From contig CAZQSK010000005.1 in assembly GCA_964596245.1 (NCBI GenBank), positions 42 to 64,041 of the forward strand: a stretch of 64,000 nucleotides of DNA, given 5' to 3'. This DNA comes from an uncultured Gammaproteobacteria bacterium (GTDB lineage: Bacteria; Patescibacteriota; Patescibacteriia; 2-12-FULL-60-25). Within the stretch, counting starts at the first letter, position 1, and every line of letters begins with the position of its first letter. Both the position numbers and the translations under genes were made by a program. A model generated the notes under the pieces. The model searched no databases, had not been told where the DNA came from, and worked only from the letters and a program-made list of their open reading frames with translations. This document shows positions 44,809 to 54,213 of the stretch, one piece after another.

Positions 44809-45450
44809 ATGCAAATTTTCTGGCATGGATTCTCCTGCATCCGTATCGAGGCCTCGCATGGCGATAAAGATGCCGTTTTGGTGACCGATCCATACGCCTC
44901 GGACACGGGTTTGCGCTTCCCGCGCACACTCAAGCCGGACGTGGTCGCGCTTACGCATCAGGATCGTGACCAGTTCCCGATGGATGGATTTGAGAATGAG
45001 CCGTTTATCATCAATGATCCGGGTGAGTACGAAGTGAGCGGCATCTTTGCTTACGCGATTCCGGTGCGCTCGGGCGAAGAAAAGCACCCGCATCAAGTCA
45101 TGTATCGTTTTGAGATCGAGGGAATGTCGATCGGCTTCCTTGGCAACCTGAAGCGCTCGCTGACGGATGAAGAAGTGGAGAAGTTGGGGAGTATCGATAT
45201 TCTATTATTGCCCGTTGGCGGTGGAGATTCGATCACCGCCAAGCAGGCGGTCGAGATCATCAAGATCATTGAGCCGCGCATGGTCGTTCCGCTCGCGTAT
45301 CATGTCGAAGGGATCAAGCAAGAGCTTGGGACCGCCGACGCCTTCTGCAAAGAGTTGGTCTGCAAGCGCGAAAACGCGAATAAGCTGAAGATTTTCAAGA
45401 AAGATTTGCCGGCCGAAGACCTTGTCGTCACCGTTCTCGAACGCGCCTAA
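44809..45450 (+). CDS. MBL-fold metal-dependent hydrolase (UPF0173/UlaG-like)
   Basis: Starts 'MQIFWHGFSCIRIE...VLVTDPY' and contains '..ALTHQDRDQ'. Length and pattern fit the Lactamase_B_3-type family. Confidence 0.7.
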   Translation: MQIFWHGFSCIRIEASHGDKDAVLVTDPYASDTGLRFPRTLKPDVVALTHQDRDQFPMDGFENEPFIINDPGEYEVSGIFAYAIPVRSGEEKHPHQVMYRFEIEGMSIGFLGNLKRSLTDEEVEKLGSIDILLLPVGGGDSITAKQAVEIIKIIEPRMVVPLAYHVEGIKQELGTADAFCKELVCKRENANKLKIFKKDLPAEDLVVTVLERA

Positions 45451-45455
45451 CCTTT

Positions 45456-45740
45456 ATGCCACGCCTCGCTCCTACTCGCCGCCGCCGCGCCTTGAGCGCC
45501 GAGACGGCACCAGCTCCCGAAGCTGCTCCCGACAAGCAGACGCTTATCGAAGCGCATGCCAAAGAGTGGCGCAGTCATCATCCTGCGACTAAATTGCCGA
45601 TTATTGTCGGCATCGTGGTCTGTACGGCACTGGTGATGACCGGCTGGGCCCTCACGACAGGTAGGGGACTTCTTGCTCCGGCGCGTCCCGACGCCGCATT
45701 TGCCGCCGTTTCCGATTCCGCATCCGTTTTCACCAAATAA
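45456..45740 (+). CDS. small membrane protein, hypothetical
   Basis: 94 aa. Arg-rich N-terminus and one TM helix ('LPIIVGIVVCTALVMTGWAL'). No SD. Confidence 0.5.
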   Translation: MPRLAPTRRRRALSAETAPAPEAAPDKQTLIEAHAKEWRSHHPATKLPIIVGIVVCTALVMTGWALTTGRGLLAPARPDAAFAAVSDSASVFTK

Positions 45741-45746
45741 CCGATT

Positions 45747-48215
45747 ATGCCCGAACAGCAGAACATGCCCCTCATTCCCGCGGGAGTGAAGCCGACCGCC
45801 TTGGTCGAGGAAATGCAGACCGCATTCCTTGATTACGCCATGAGCGTGATCGTGGATCGCGCCTTGCCTGACGTGCGCGACGGTTTGAAGCCGGTGCATC
45901 GTCGTATTTTGTACGCGATGTGGACGATCGGTTTGCGCGCCAATGCGAAATTCCGCAAATCAGCCAACGTGGTCGGTGAAGTGATGGCCAAGTATCATCC
46001 GCACGGTGACGCTGCCATCTATGATTCGATGGTTCGCATGGCGCAGGATTTTTCGATGCGCTACATGCTGGTCAAGGGCCAGGGAAACTTCGGTTCCGTC
46101 GACGGGGATGGCGCCGCCGCCATGCGTTATACGGAAGCCAAGCTTTCCGGCATCGCGGAAGAGCTCCTGTTCGACATCGATAAGAACACGGTTGATTTCC
46201 GTCCCAACTACGACGGTTCACACGATGAGCCTAAGGTCCTTCCTTCAAAAATTCCGAACCTGCTTTTGAACGGAACGCTCGGCATTGCCGTGGGCATGGC
46301 GACCAATATTCCGCCGCACAACCTAACGGAGGTATGTAACGGTATTTCCGCCTTGATTGAAGACCCGGATATTTCCATCGACGACCTCGTAAAGATTATT
46401 CCGGGTCCTGATTTTCCGACCGGCGGCATTATTTACGACAAGAATGAGATCAAGCAGGCATTCGCGACCGGTAAGGGCGGCATTGTGATGCGCGCGAAGA
46501 CCGAAATCGTCGAAGAAAAATCTGGGAGCTTCCGCATCATCGTCGAAGAGTTGCCGTATCAGGTGAATAAGGCGCAGTTGTTGGAAAAGATTGCCGAGCT
46601 TGTTACGGAAAAGAAGATCGAAGGGATCCGCGACTTGCGTGACGAATCGAACAAGGACGGTATTCGTATTGTCGTTGAGCTCAAGAAGGACGCATATCCG
46701 AAAAAAGTCTTGAATCACCTGTTCAAGATGACGCAGTTGCAGGAAACCTTCCACGTGAACTCATTGTGTTTGGTGGATGGCATTCAGCCGCGCATTCTTA
46801 CGCTCAAGAACTTGCTTGAGGAGTATGTGAAGCACCGCAAAGAAGTGGTGCGCCGCCGCACACAATACGAATTGGATCGTGCCAAGGAACGACTCCATAT
46901 TTTGGAGGGTTTGCGTATCGCGCTTTTGAAGATCGACCAGATCATCGAGACCATCAAGAAGTCGAAAGACAAGGACGAAGCCAAGTCCAACTTGATGAGC
47001 AAGTTCAAACTGTCTGAGATCCAGTCTCAGGCGATCTTGGACATGCGTCTTCAGCAGCTCGCCAACCTTGAGCGCTTGAAGGTCGAGCAGGAATGGGAAG
47101 AAAAGAAGAAGCTCATTGACGAGCTCGAAGGTATTTTGGGCAGCGCAAAGAAAATTTTGAACATTATCAAGGGCGAGGTGGACGGGTTGCGTGAAAAGTT
47201 TGGCGACGAACGTCGCACCAAAATCGTGGCCGGTCCGGTCGGGGAGTTCTCGATGGAGGACTTGGTCCCGCAAGAAGACACGCTCGTGATGTTGACCCAA
47301 GACGGCTACATTAAGCGCTTGCCGCCGGACACGTTCAAGAGCCAGGGCCGCGGAGGCAAGGGTGTGATCGGCCTTGAAACCAAGGATGAAGACGCCGTGC
47401 GCACGATGTTCACAACGAACACGCATGCGGAGATTTTCTTCTTTACCTCGCGTGGTCGTGTGTTCCGTTTGCAGGCGTACGAAATTCCGCAGGCCTCGCG
47501 CACCTCAAAGGGCCAGGCCATTGTGAACTTCTTGCAGCTCGCGCCGGGCGAAAAAGTGTCGGTGACCTTGCCGAATGATCATCTTGAGGGCTCTAAGTAC
47601 TTGGTGATGGTGACCTCGCAAGGCACGATCAAGAAATCGGCTTTGGACGAGTTCTCCAATGTGCGCCGTTCGGGTTTGATCGCTATCAATCTCCACGAAT
47701 CTGATGAGTTGGTGTACGTGAAGCCGTCTACGGGTGGCGATGATATCTCGCTCGTGACGCTCGAGGGTCAAAGCATCCGTTTCAGCGAAGAAGACGTGCG
47801 TCCGATGGGCCGTACGGCGGCCGGTGTACGCGGCATCAAGCTCAAGAAAAAGAATGATCGCGTGGTCGGCATGGACGTCATCAATCCGAAGCTTGCAGAC
47901 AAGGGCCAGCTCGAATTGTTTGTCATCACGGAGAACGGTATGGGCAAGCGCACAAACTTAAAGGAGTATAAGCAGCAGGGTCGTGGTGGCTCCGGTATCC
48001 GTACAGCCAAGGTTGGTGCGAAGACCGGCGGTGTGGTCGCTGCCTTCATCTCTAATGAGGATGATGAGCAGGACCTCGTCATGATTTCCAAAAAGGGAAT
48101 TGTGGTGCGCACGCCGTTCAAGAGTGTGCCCTCGCTTGGTCGCGATACGCAGGGTGTGCGTCTGATGCGCTTCAAGGAAGACGGCGACAGCGTGAGTGGT
48201 GTGAGCTTCGTCTAA
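45747..48215 (+). CDS. gyrA: DNA gyrase subunit A
   Basis: Contains '[14 protein letters not shown]' and '[10 protein letters not shown]' (catalytic Tyr region), plus C-terminal beta-pinwheel repeats. Confidence 0.97.
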   Translation: MPEQQNMPLIPAGVKPTALVEEMQTAFLDYAMSVIVDRALPDVRDGLKPVHRRILYAMWTIGLRANAKFRKSANVVGEVMAKYHPHGDAAIYDSMVRMAQDFSMRYMLVKGQGNFGSVDGDGAAAMRYTEAKLSGIAEELLFDIDKNTVDFRPNYDGSHDEPKVLPSKIPNLLLNGTLGIAVGMATNIPPHNLTEVCNGISALIEDPDISIDDLVKIIPGPDFPTGGIIYDKNEIKQAFATGKGGIVMRAKTEIVEEKSGSFRIIVEELPYQVNKAQLLEKIAELVTEKKIEGIRDLRDESNKDGIRIVVELKKDAYPKKVLNHLFKMTQLQETFHVNSLCLVDGIQPRILTLKNLLEEYVKHRKEVVRRRTQYELDRAKERLHILEGLRIALLKIDQIIETIKKSKDKDEAKSNLMSKFKLSEIQSQAILDMRLQQLANLERLKVEQEWEEKKKLIDELEGILGSAKKILNIIKGEVDGLREKFGDERRTKIVAGPVGEFSMEDLVPQEDTLVMLTQDGYIKRLPPDTFKSQGRGGKGVIGLETKDEDAVRTMFTTNTHAEIFFFTSRGRVFRLQAYEIPQASRTSKGQAIVNFLQLAPGEKVSVTLPNDHLEGSKYLVMVTSQGTIKKSALDEFSNVRRSGLIAINLHESDELVYVKPSTGGDDISLVTLEGQSIRFSEEDVRPMGRTAAGVRGIKLKKKNDRVVGMDVINPKLADKGQLELFVITENGMGKRTNLKEYKQQGRGGSGIRTAKVGAKTGGVVAAFISNEDDEQDLVMISKKGIVVRTPFKSVPSLGRDTQGVRLMRFKEDGDSVSGVSFV

Positions 48216-48232
48216 AGAAAATTAAGGATTAA

Positions 48233-48273
48233 AAAGAGCGGCCTTGATCCAGAGTGGATCGGGGCCGCGTTTG
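48233..48273. terminator. compound hairpin terminator between convergent gyrA and the methyltransferase gene
   Basis: gcggcc..gatcc-agag-tggatc..ggccgc (48238-48268). There is a T-run on the minus strand (ctcttttt) and a weaker 'gtttg' on the plus strand. Confidence 0.65.
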
Positions 48274-48867
48274 TTACGGGTAGATCAGATAGTGAGCGGC
48301 GATGCCGTTCGGACCGAAGTACTGCTCGCTGTAGAGCCGTACCGTCCCGAACGTCTCGTTCAGCATTCGCTCGAGCTCGACCTGGTGGTCGGAGATCGTC
48401 GCGATGTGCTCGTTGTACGTCTCGCCCGCGACGAGAATCGGCGCGATCAGGATGAACGCGCCTCTCTTGGGCTTGAGCATCTTGCGGATGCGCTTGAGCA
48501 TGCCCGGCTTGTCCTTCATGAAGGCGAAGACGAGCTTCATCGTGATGAGATCGAATCGGCCTTTTGGCTGGAACCGCTCCACATCGGCGAGGCGGTACTC
48601 GATGAAGCCGACCTCGGCAACCGTCTTCTTGGCCTGCTCGATCGCGACGGGTGACATGTCGACCGCCGTGACGTCGAAGCCGAGGCGTGCGAGCTGGCGA
48701 GCGAAGTCACCAGTCCCGCAGCCGAGCTCGAGTGCCCTGGTGCCGTTCATACGGCCTTGCAGAGTCGCCTCATCATGCATCCGATGGAGGAGGAGGGTGC
48801 TGACGTTGGGGTAGTCGCGACCCTCCAGGTAGTTTACGTCCCAGTAACCTGGGGAATGATGTTCCAT
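48274..48867 (-). CDS. class I SAM-dependent methyltransferase (GC-rich)
   Basis: Motif I 'ALELGCGTGDFARQLARLGFDVTAVDMS'. GGGAG lies 6 nt upstream of ATG 48867. Confidence 0.85.
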   Translation of the reverse strand: MEHHSPGYWDVNYLEGRDYPNVSTLLLHRMHDEATLQGRMNGTRALELGCGTGDFARQLARLGFDVTAVDMSPVAIEQAKKTVAEVGFIEYRLADVERFQPKGRFDLITMKLVFAFMKDKPGMLKRIRKMLKPKRGAFILIAPILVAGETYNEHIATISDHQVELERMLNETFGTVRLYSEQYFGPNGIAAHYLIYP

Positions 48868-48888
48868 CTTGGACTCCCTGTGAGGTTG

Positions 48889-49605
48889 TTACGGTTCGCG
48901 CGCGATGCGCATGACCAGGTCTGACGCTTCGCGCCAGTTTTCATCTCCGATCAGTGTCCAAGCGAACGCTTCACGCATCGCCTGTCGACCAAGGTGGTCG
49001 CGTACCACGCAGAGCTGGAGCGTCTCCTCCGAGCGGATCTCGTCTGCGAAGTCGCACTCAGCCTCATACGCTTCCATCTCTGCAGCCAGGAAGTATCGGA
49101 GATATTCCTCTGTGATGTCCGCGGCTCCGCGAGGAGTGAAGGTCCACGCGGGAACCGTACCATCCAACGCTTGTCGGAGATGGATGTACTCGTGATAAAT
49201 CACGAGTTGCTGGCGCTCGTGACGGCTTTCGTCGAGCAAGAGCGTCGGCGAGACTGACAGAGTCAGGAATGATCCATCCTCCGTCGTGAGAAGCATGGTT
49301 GATGCGAACAGTCCCAGATCTCCGGTCAGGGAATCCTGGAAGTTCAGCACGACCACCTCATCTTCGATCAGTCGGTTCAAATCCCGGCTGATCTCGATCC
49401 GCGGATGGGTCTGTATCAGCACACGCAGCGCCTCTTGGGCGCGAGCCATGTCTTGGTACGCAGGATCGGCGGCGATCGAGTCGGCCGTCCGATGATGGAG
49501 CCGAACGCGCGGTGCCGGATCGGGCCACGTCGTCGAGCTGTCGCTCGCGCAGAGCATGATCACGGCCACGATGGCCGCGAGAATCAGATTGAACGGGTGT
49601 TTCAC
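48889..49605 (-). CDS. HExxH-motif protein with N-terminal signal/anchor, putative secreted metallopeptidase-like (GC-rich ORFan)
   Basis: GGGAGG lies 5 nt upstream of GTG 49605. N-terminus '(M)KHPFNLILAAIVAVIMLCASDSS'. Contains 'VIYHEYIHLRQ' (HExxH). The track ORF start (49662) is the TTG of the -35 hexamer. Confidence 0.65.
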   Translation of the reverse strand: MKHPFNLILAAIVAVIMLCASDSSTTWPDPAPRVRLHHRTADSIAADPAYQDMARAQEALRVLIQTHPRIEISRDLNRLIEDEVVVLNFQDSLTGDLGLFASTMLLTTEDGSFLTLSVSPTLLLDESRHERQQLVIYHEYIHLRQALDGTVPAWTFTPRGAADITEEYLRYFLAAEMEAYEAECDFADEIRSEETLQLCVVRDHLGRQAMREAFAWTLIGDENWREASDLVMRIAREP

Positions 49606-49633
49606 GATTTCCTCCCTTGCGTGAAGCGTTGGT

Positions 49634-49662
49634 ACATAAGCGGAAAAATGGCGCTTTGTCAA
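49634..49662 (-). promoter_or_regulatory. promoter TTGACA-17-TTATGT for the HExxH/methyltransferase operon
   Basis: Minus strand reads TTGACA (49662-49657), a 17-nt spacer, then TTATGT (49639-49634). Confidence 0.5.
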
Positions 49663-49684
49663 TCCGTCCCGATCCCGTTAAGCT
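49656..49684 (+). promoter_or_regulatory. promoter TTGTCA-17-TAAGCT for ruvA, predicted leaderless
   Basis: TTGTCA 49656-49661 shares the palindromic core TTGTCAA with the divergent promoter. TAAGCT 49679-49684. ATG 49692 lies 7 nt after the -10. Confidence 0.5.
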
Positions 49685-49691
49685 TGTTCCC

Positions 49692-50246
49692 ATGATCGCT
49701 TCGTTACGCGGAAAAATCCTCGAAAAAGGGCCGAACTGGCTCTTGATGGAAGTCGGAGGCATCGGATATCGCTTGAAGGCCGCTCCGGCCGTTATTACGG
49801 GTGTGCATCAGGACCGCGAGACATTCTTATATACGTACCATCATGTTCGCGAAGATGCGGAAGAGTTGTTCGGCTTTCTCTCCATGGCCGATCTGGACTT
49901 GTTCGAGAGTCTGCTCGGCATTTCCGGCGTTGGTCCCAAGGTCGCGATGACCATCATGTCGGTAGGGTCCGCGGATCAGGTAAAGCGCGCCATCATGTCA
50001 GGGGACTTGGCGACCATGACTTCGGTCCCGGGCGTGGGCAAAAAGACGGCACAAAAAATCATTCTTGAATTAAAGGGTCAGCTGGTGGAGATGGACGGGT
50101 CATCCGGAGAGGACTCGGACGTTCTAGATGCATTGGTCGGTTTGGGTTACTCAACTCAACAAGCCAAAGACGTGCTTAAGCATGTAAAATCGGAAGATCC
50201 GGGGGAGCGTATCAAGGAAGCGCTCAAATTCCTCTCAAAGCCATGA
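49692..50246 (+). CDS. ruvA: Holliday junction branch migration complex subunit RuvA
   Basis: Starts 'MIASLRGKILEKGPNWLLMEVGGIGYRL'. HhH motifs 'LLGISGVGPKVAMTI' and 'VPGVGKKTAQKI'. Confidence 0.93.
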   Translation: MIASLRGKILEKGPNWLLMEVGGIGYRLKAAPAVITGVHQDRETFLYTYHHVREDAEELFGFLSMADLDLFESLLGISGVGPKVAMTIMSVGSADQVKRAIMSGDLATMTSVPGVGKKTAQKIILELKGQLVEMDGSSGEDSDVLDALVGLGYSTQQAKDVLKHVKSEDPGERIKEALKFLSKP

Positions 50247-51235
50247 GACTTATCGAAGCCAACGAACAAGTAATCTGGGACGATTTCGTCTCGGGCTTAC
50301 CGTATGCGCAATTTACTCAGTCTTGGATCTGGGGAGAGCTTCAGCGCTCACTTGGTCGTGAGCCAAAGCGTTTTTTTATTCATGATGAAGCCGAAGCCGT
50401 TGGTGCAGTACAACTCATGTATCAGCGCCGTCCTTTGGTTGGGGGGTATTGGTTGGCCCCTCGCGGTCCCGTGATGCTCGCGTCGCTCATGACCGAAGAA
50501 AGTTTGAAAAACAGCATGACGCTTTTGGCGGATGCGACGTTGCCCAATAGTGTCTTCTTCCGTTTTGAGCCGCTGCTTTCCACCAAGCATCAGAATTTGA
50601 TGCCAAAGGCTTTTCAGCGACAGCGTTCATACAATCCATCGACCACGGCTCTGCTTGATCTCACGCTTCCGGAAGAGGATTTGCTTGCGGCCATGCATCC
50701 GAAGACACGTTACAATATTAAAGTAGCAGAAAAGCACGGCGTCGCGGTGCGCGAAGATAAAAATATCGACACATTTCTTTCATTACAAAAAGACACGGCA
50801 GCACGCGACGAATTCATGCCGCAATCCGATGAGTATGTGCGAAAGCAATTCGATTTTCTGAGCGAACACGGCATGGCGAAGATTTTGGTCGCGGAAAAAG
50901 ACGGTGAAGCGTTGGCCGCGAACTTTATGATCACGTATGGCGATACGTGTACCTATTTGTACGGCGCCTCTTCATCCAACATGCGCAATATGATGGCGCC
51001 ATTTGCCTTGCATTGGGAAGCGATTCGTTGGGCGAAGGCGAGTGGGTTCTCCGTTTATGATTTTTGGGGCTGTAATCCGGAAGATTCAAATGCCGTTGAT
51101 TTCAAGCCGCGCTGGGAAGGGATCACGCGTTTCAAAATCGGCTGGGGGAGTGATCGTATTTCGTTTGTTGGTACCTATGACGTTCCGAAAAAGCCTGGTA
51201 TCTATAAGTTGTTGAAAATGTTGGGGAGGGTATAA
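50243..51235 (+). CDS. FemAB-family peptidoglycan bridge-formation (aminoacyl)transferase
   Basis: Contains 'FTQSWIWGELQ', 'KTRYNIKVAEKHG' and 'YLYGASS'. Overlaps the ruvA stop (ATGA). Confidence 0.85.
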   Translation: MRLIEANEQVIWDDFVSGLPYAQFTQSWIWGELQRSLGREPKRFFIHDEAEAVGAVQLMYQRRPLVGGYWLAPRGPVMLASLMTEESLKNSMTLLADATLPNSVFFRFEPLLSTKHQNLMPKAFQRQRSYNPSTTALLDLTLPEEDLLAAMHPKTRYNIKVAEKHGVAVREDKNIDTFLSLQKDTAARDEFMPQSDEYVRKQFDFLSEHGMAKILVAEKDGEALAANFMITYGDTCTYLYGASSSNMRNMMAPFALHWEAIRWAKASGFSVYDFWGCNPEDSNAVDFKPRWEGITRFKIGWGSDRISFVGTYDVPKKPGIYKLLKMLGRV

Positions 51236-51255
51236 AAAATCCGAGCTGAGCTCGG
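51234..51255 (-). terminator. short hairpin + U-run terminator after pyrF (minus strand)
   Basis: ccgagc-tga-gctcgg (51241-51255). On the minus strand it is followed by ATTTTTTA. Confidence 0.55.
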
Positions 51256-51972
51256 CTAGTAGGCCGCGGCCATCTCCTCAAGGATGGTCTGTGCGGCGGT
51301 GCGCGGGTCGAGCGCTTCGAGGATCGGGCGTCCGACGACGATGTGCCCGCCGCCGCGCTGCGCCTTGATCGCCATGCTCGGCGTCATCACGCGCTTCTGA
51401 TCGCTGAGGGTACCGTCTGCCGGACGGATGCCAGGGGTGATCGGGATCAGTCCGAACCCCTTGCTCATGATCTCCTCCACTTCGAGCGGGGAGCAGACCA
51501 CGTGCGAGACGCCTGCCTCGACCAGCATCTCGCACATGGCGAGGGTGGTCGCAAGCGGGCTGTTGCCGTAGATGCGGCGACACGCGCTGTTGTCGAGCGA
51601 GGTGAGCACGGTGACGCCGATCACGCGCGTCTTGCCAGCATGGTCGACCGCCGCCTTGAGCGAATCCGGCCCGCAGCCCGCCATGACGGTCACGCCCCAG
51701 ACGTCGAGCGCCTCGACCCCCTTCATGGCGCCCTTGATGGTGTTGGGGATGTCGTTCAGCTTCAGATCGAGCATGATCTGCGCCGAGATGTTGGCCTGCC
51801 GGATCGTGTTCACGGCCCGGGGAGCCCCGATGTGCGTCACGAGCTCGAGGCCGATCTTCAGGTTGTTCGCCAGCCCTTCGAGGGTGCGGGCATGCCGCAC
51901 GGCCCCTTCGATCGTTGGAACATCCAGGGCGACGATCAGGTCGTCCTGCGCTTCTACGAACCTTGTATTCAT
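51256..51972 (-). CDS. pyrF: orotidine 5'-phosphate decarboxylase (GC-rich)
   Basis: AGGAGG lies 4 nt upstream of ATG 51972. Contains 'IVALDV', 'DLKLNDIPNT' (DxKxxDIxxT) and 'VVGRPI'. The track ORF start (52020) is the TTG of the -35 hexamer. Confidence 0.85.
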   Translation of the reverse strand: MNTRFVEAQDDLIVALDVPTIEGAVRHARTLEGLANNLKIGLELVTHIGAPRAVNTIRQANISAQIMLDLKLNDIPNTIKGAMKGVEALDVWGVTVMAGCGPDSLKAAVDHAGKTRVIGVTVLTSLDNSACRRIYGNSPLATTLAMCEMLVEAGVSHVVCSPLEVEEIMSKGFGLIPITPGIRPADGTLSDQKRVMTPSMAIKAQRGGGHIVVGRPILEALDPRTAAQTILEEMAAAY

Positions 51973-51991
51973 GGAACCTCCTTGCGGCCGC

Positions 51992-52020
51992 ATTGGATCG
52001 GTTTTCGCGGTTTTTGTCAA
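51992..52020 (-). promoter_or_regulatory. promoter TTGACAAAAA-..-TCCAAT for pyrF (weak -10)
   Basis: Minus strand reads TTGACA (52020-52015), a 17-nt spacer, then TCCAAT (51997-51992). Confidence 0.35.
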
Positions 52021-52023
52021 TAC

Positions 52024-52052
52024 AAAACACCCTCCTGCGCGGAGGGTGTTTT
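52024..52052. terminator. bidirectional-type rho-independent terminator after doxX
   Basis: 8-bp stem caccctcc/ggagggtg (52028-52048), flanked by AAAA and TTTT. Confidence 0.8.
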
Positions 52053-52075
52053 GTAAAACGGTGATCCGTTTTTAC

Positions 52076-52501
52076 TTATTTCTTCATCATCATGCTAGCG
52101 ACTGAGAAGCGACCCGGACCCGTGAGGGCGAGCGCAACCGAGACGCCAAGCAAGACCAAGTCGACGTCAGCTGCCGGGAAGGCCATCTTCTTCACCATGA
52201 AGAGGGCGACCAACATGACGATGCTGAGCAAGATAGCAGCCGGGCGAACCAAGATACCTAGGATGAGGGCGAGACCGCCGACAAACTCGGTCAAAGCAAC
52301 GACCCAGGCAAAGAACATCGGCATCGGGAAGCCGAGACCGCCGACCATACCGGCAAACATTTCAATACTCGGGTTGCCCGTGAGCTTACCCCAGCCATGA
52401 AGAACGAACACGATACCGGCGACGATGCGCAAAACGAGCAGGGCCTTGTCCTGCATGTCCTTACCCATCATTCCGTCGGTTTTGGAGAGCATTTGTTGCA
52501 T
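52076..52501 (-). CDS. DoxX family membrane protein
   Basis: Contains 'ALLVLRIVAGIVFVLHGWGKL' and four predicted TM helices. Confidence 0.85.
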   Translation of the reverse strand: MQQMLSKTDGMMGKDMQDKALLVLRIVAGIVFVLHGWGKLTGNPSIEMFAGMVGGLGFPMPMFFAWVVALTEFVGGLALILGILVRPAAILLSIVMLVALFMVKKMAFPAADVDLVLLGVSVALALTGPGRFSVASMMMKK

Positions 52502-52589
52502 AGTGCCTATAGAATAGCAGGAAATGCGTAATTTGGCAGTTTTGTCATGCTTTGGTTCGCCCCTCGTTCTTATGGTAAGAAAACATCAT

Positions 52590-53264
52590 ATGAACACCAT
52601 TGTCCCTCGCTCGATGTGGCTGGTGCCACTCGCGACTCTCGCCCTGTTCGGCGCCGGCTGCTTCTCATCTGACCCAGCTCCGGTCGCGCCGCCTGCCACC
52701 CCTCCGACGAACCAGGTTCCGTCCCAGCCTTCAACGCCGACGCAACCGAATCCGACGACTCCGACGCCTACTCCGACCCCGGCCCCAAACCAGCCCTCGG
52801 GCCCGGTCACTCTTCCGACCATCGACGCGACATGGAAGACCTACACGAACAAGGCGGAGACCTTCTCATTCCAGTGGCCGACCAAGGGTCGCTTGGCTCC
52901 GACTTGGGAAGTCTCGTTGCCCTCCAAGCTCGACAACGGTTGTTTCAAAATGGCAGATTTCGGAGAGCCGATTGAGACCAAGCGTTTAACCGTTGGCTCG
53001 CAAGAGTTTTGCCACACCTCATATCGTGATGCAGGAATGTCGCAACGCTACTTCAGCGACTACTACGCGACCGTCATGAACGGTCAAAATGTCGTGATCG
53101 GTTTCGAAAAGCATCTCGTAGTAGGTGACGTGATCGGCGACGGTGCGTGTAAGGGCATGCTCGTGCTTCCGGGTTCAACCGAGAAGCCATGTCTCGAAGT
53201 GAAGCCTGATGCCTATCAGGCCCATCTCGATCAAATCGTGAATACTTTCCAAGTTCTCAAATAA
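52590..53264 (+). CDS. probable lipoprotein with Pro/Thr-rich linker, hypothetical
   Basis: Signal peptide 'MNTIVPRSMWLVPLATLALFGAGC', then a 'PAPVAPPATPPTNQVPSQPSTPTQPNPTTPTPTPTPAPNQP' linker. The track ORF starts at 52524. Confidence 0.7.
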   Translation: MNTIVPRSMWLVPLATLALFGAGCFSSDPAPVAPPATPPTNQVPSQPSTPTQPNPTTPTPTPTPAPNQPSGPVTLPTIDATWKTYTNKAETFSFQWPTKGRLAPTWEVSLPSKLDNGCFKMADFGEPIETKRLTVGSQEFCHTSYRDAGMSQRYFSDYYATVMNGQNVVIGFEKHLVVGDVIGDGACKGMLVLPGSTEKPCLEVKPDAYQAHLDQIVNTFQVLK

Positions 53265-53270
53265 GTAATC

Positions 53271-53296
53271 AGACCCGGCGTAAGCCGGGTCTTTTG
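53271..53296 (+). terminator. rho-independent terminator
   Basis: agacccggc-gtaa-gccgggtct followed by tttg. Confidence 0.8.
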
Positions 53297-53332
53297 TTGA
53301 CGAGGGGAGCGTCCGGTCGCACCATAGAGCCC

Positions 53333-53770
53333 ATGAACAAACAAACCACTATTGAGCAGGTAGTCGCTGCTCCGCGCGAACGTGTGTTTCGCGCCTTCAT
53401 CGATCCTAAGGATGTGATGAGCTGGTTTTTCGCCAGCGAGGGTTGGACCACGCCGCATGCCGAGATCGATGCCCGCGAAGGTGGACGTTTCAGCATCGGT
53501 TTTCAATCACCGGATGGCCAGGGAAGCTTTGATTTCACCGGCACCTACACCGAACTGAAGGAGCCGGAACGCATTTCGTACATGATCGATAAAGATATTG
53601 CCGATACAAAAGATGAAGGCCGTCCAGTGACAACCATCTTCGAAGATCTCGGCGACGGCACGACCAAAGTCACACAAACCTTCATGCTTGAAAGTACAAA
53701 TAGCGAAGAGATACAGCGCGAAGGTTGGGGAGCGATGCTTAAGAACCTGGCCAAACATCTTGAGAAATAA
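53333..53770 (+). CDS. SRPBCC/AHSA1-like domain protein
   Basis: Contains 'TIEQVVAAPRERVFRAFIDPKDVMSWF' and 'GWGAMLKNLAKHLE', typical of Aha1/START-like SRPBCC proteins. Confidence 0.75.
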   Translation: MNKQTTIEQVVAAPRERVFRAFIDPKDVMSWFFASEGWTTPHAEIDAREGGRFSIGFQSPDGQGSFDFTGTYTELKEPERISYMIDKDIADTKDEGRPVTTIFEDLGDGTTKVTQTFMLESTNSEEIQREGWGAMLKNLAKHLEK

Positions 53771-53781
53771 TCTTTTAGTAT

Positions 53782-54204
53782 ATGATCAAACAAATCTTTG
53801 TGAACTTGCCGGTGAAGGATCTTGAGAAAACGAAAGCCTTTTGGACTAAGCTCGGTTTCTCTTTCAACCCTCAATTCACGGATGAGAACGCCGCGGCACT
53901 TGTCTTAGGAGAAAATATTTTCGCCATGCTGATCCAGCCCTCGTTCTTCAGCCGCTTCACGAAAAAGGAAATTGCGGATGCCACCAAAGTAACCGAAGTG
54001 ATCAACGCCATTTCAGTCGGCAGCCGCGAGGAGGTAGACACGATGATGATGAGCGCGCTCGAGGCCGGTGGAACCGAAACTCGCGACAAGGAGGATTATG
54101 GTTGGATGTATAATCGCAGTTTCACGGATCTCGATGGACATATTTGGGAACCGGTCTGGATGGATGCCGCAAAAGCCCCGGCTAACCCCGGTGCCCAGGC
54201 GTAA
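53782..54204 (+). CDS. VOC (glyoxalase/bleomycin-resistance fold) family protein
   Basis: Contains 'IFVNLPVKDLEKTKAFWTKLGF' and 'FTDLDGHIWE'. Confidence 0.8.
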   Translation: MIKQIFVNLPVKDLEKTKAFWTKLGFSFNPQFTDENAAALVLGENIFAMLIQPSFFSRFTKKEIADATKVTEVINAISVGSREEVDTMMMSALEAGGTETRDKEDYGWMYNRSFTDLDGHIWEPVWMDAAKAPANPGAQA

Positions 54205-54213
54205 ATCAGAAAC

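Noticed and set aside
26201-48215. Inteins or other insertions in recA, rpoB, rpoC, gyrA, dnaA
   Set aside because: Protein lengths (360, 1154, 1320, 822 and 472 aa) and the contiguous conserved motifs are normal. No extra domain is visible.
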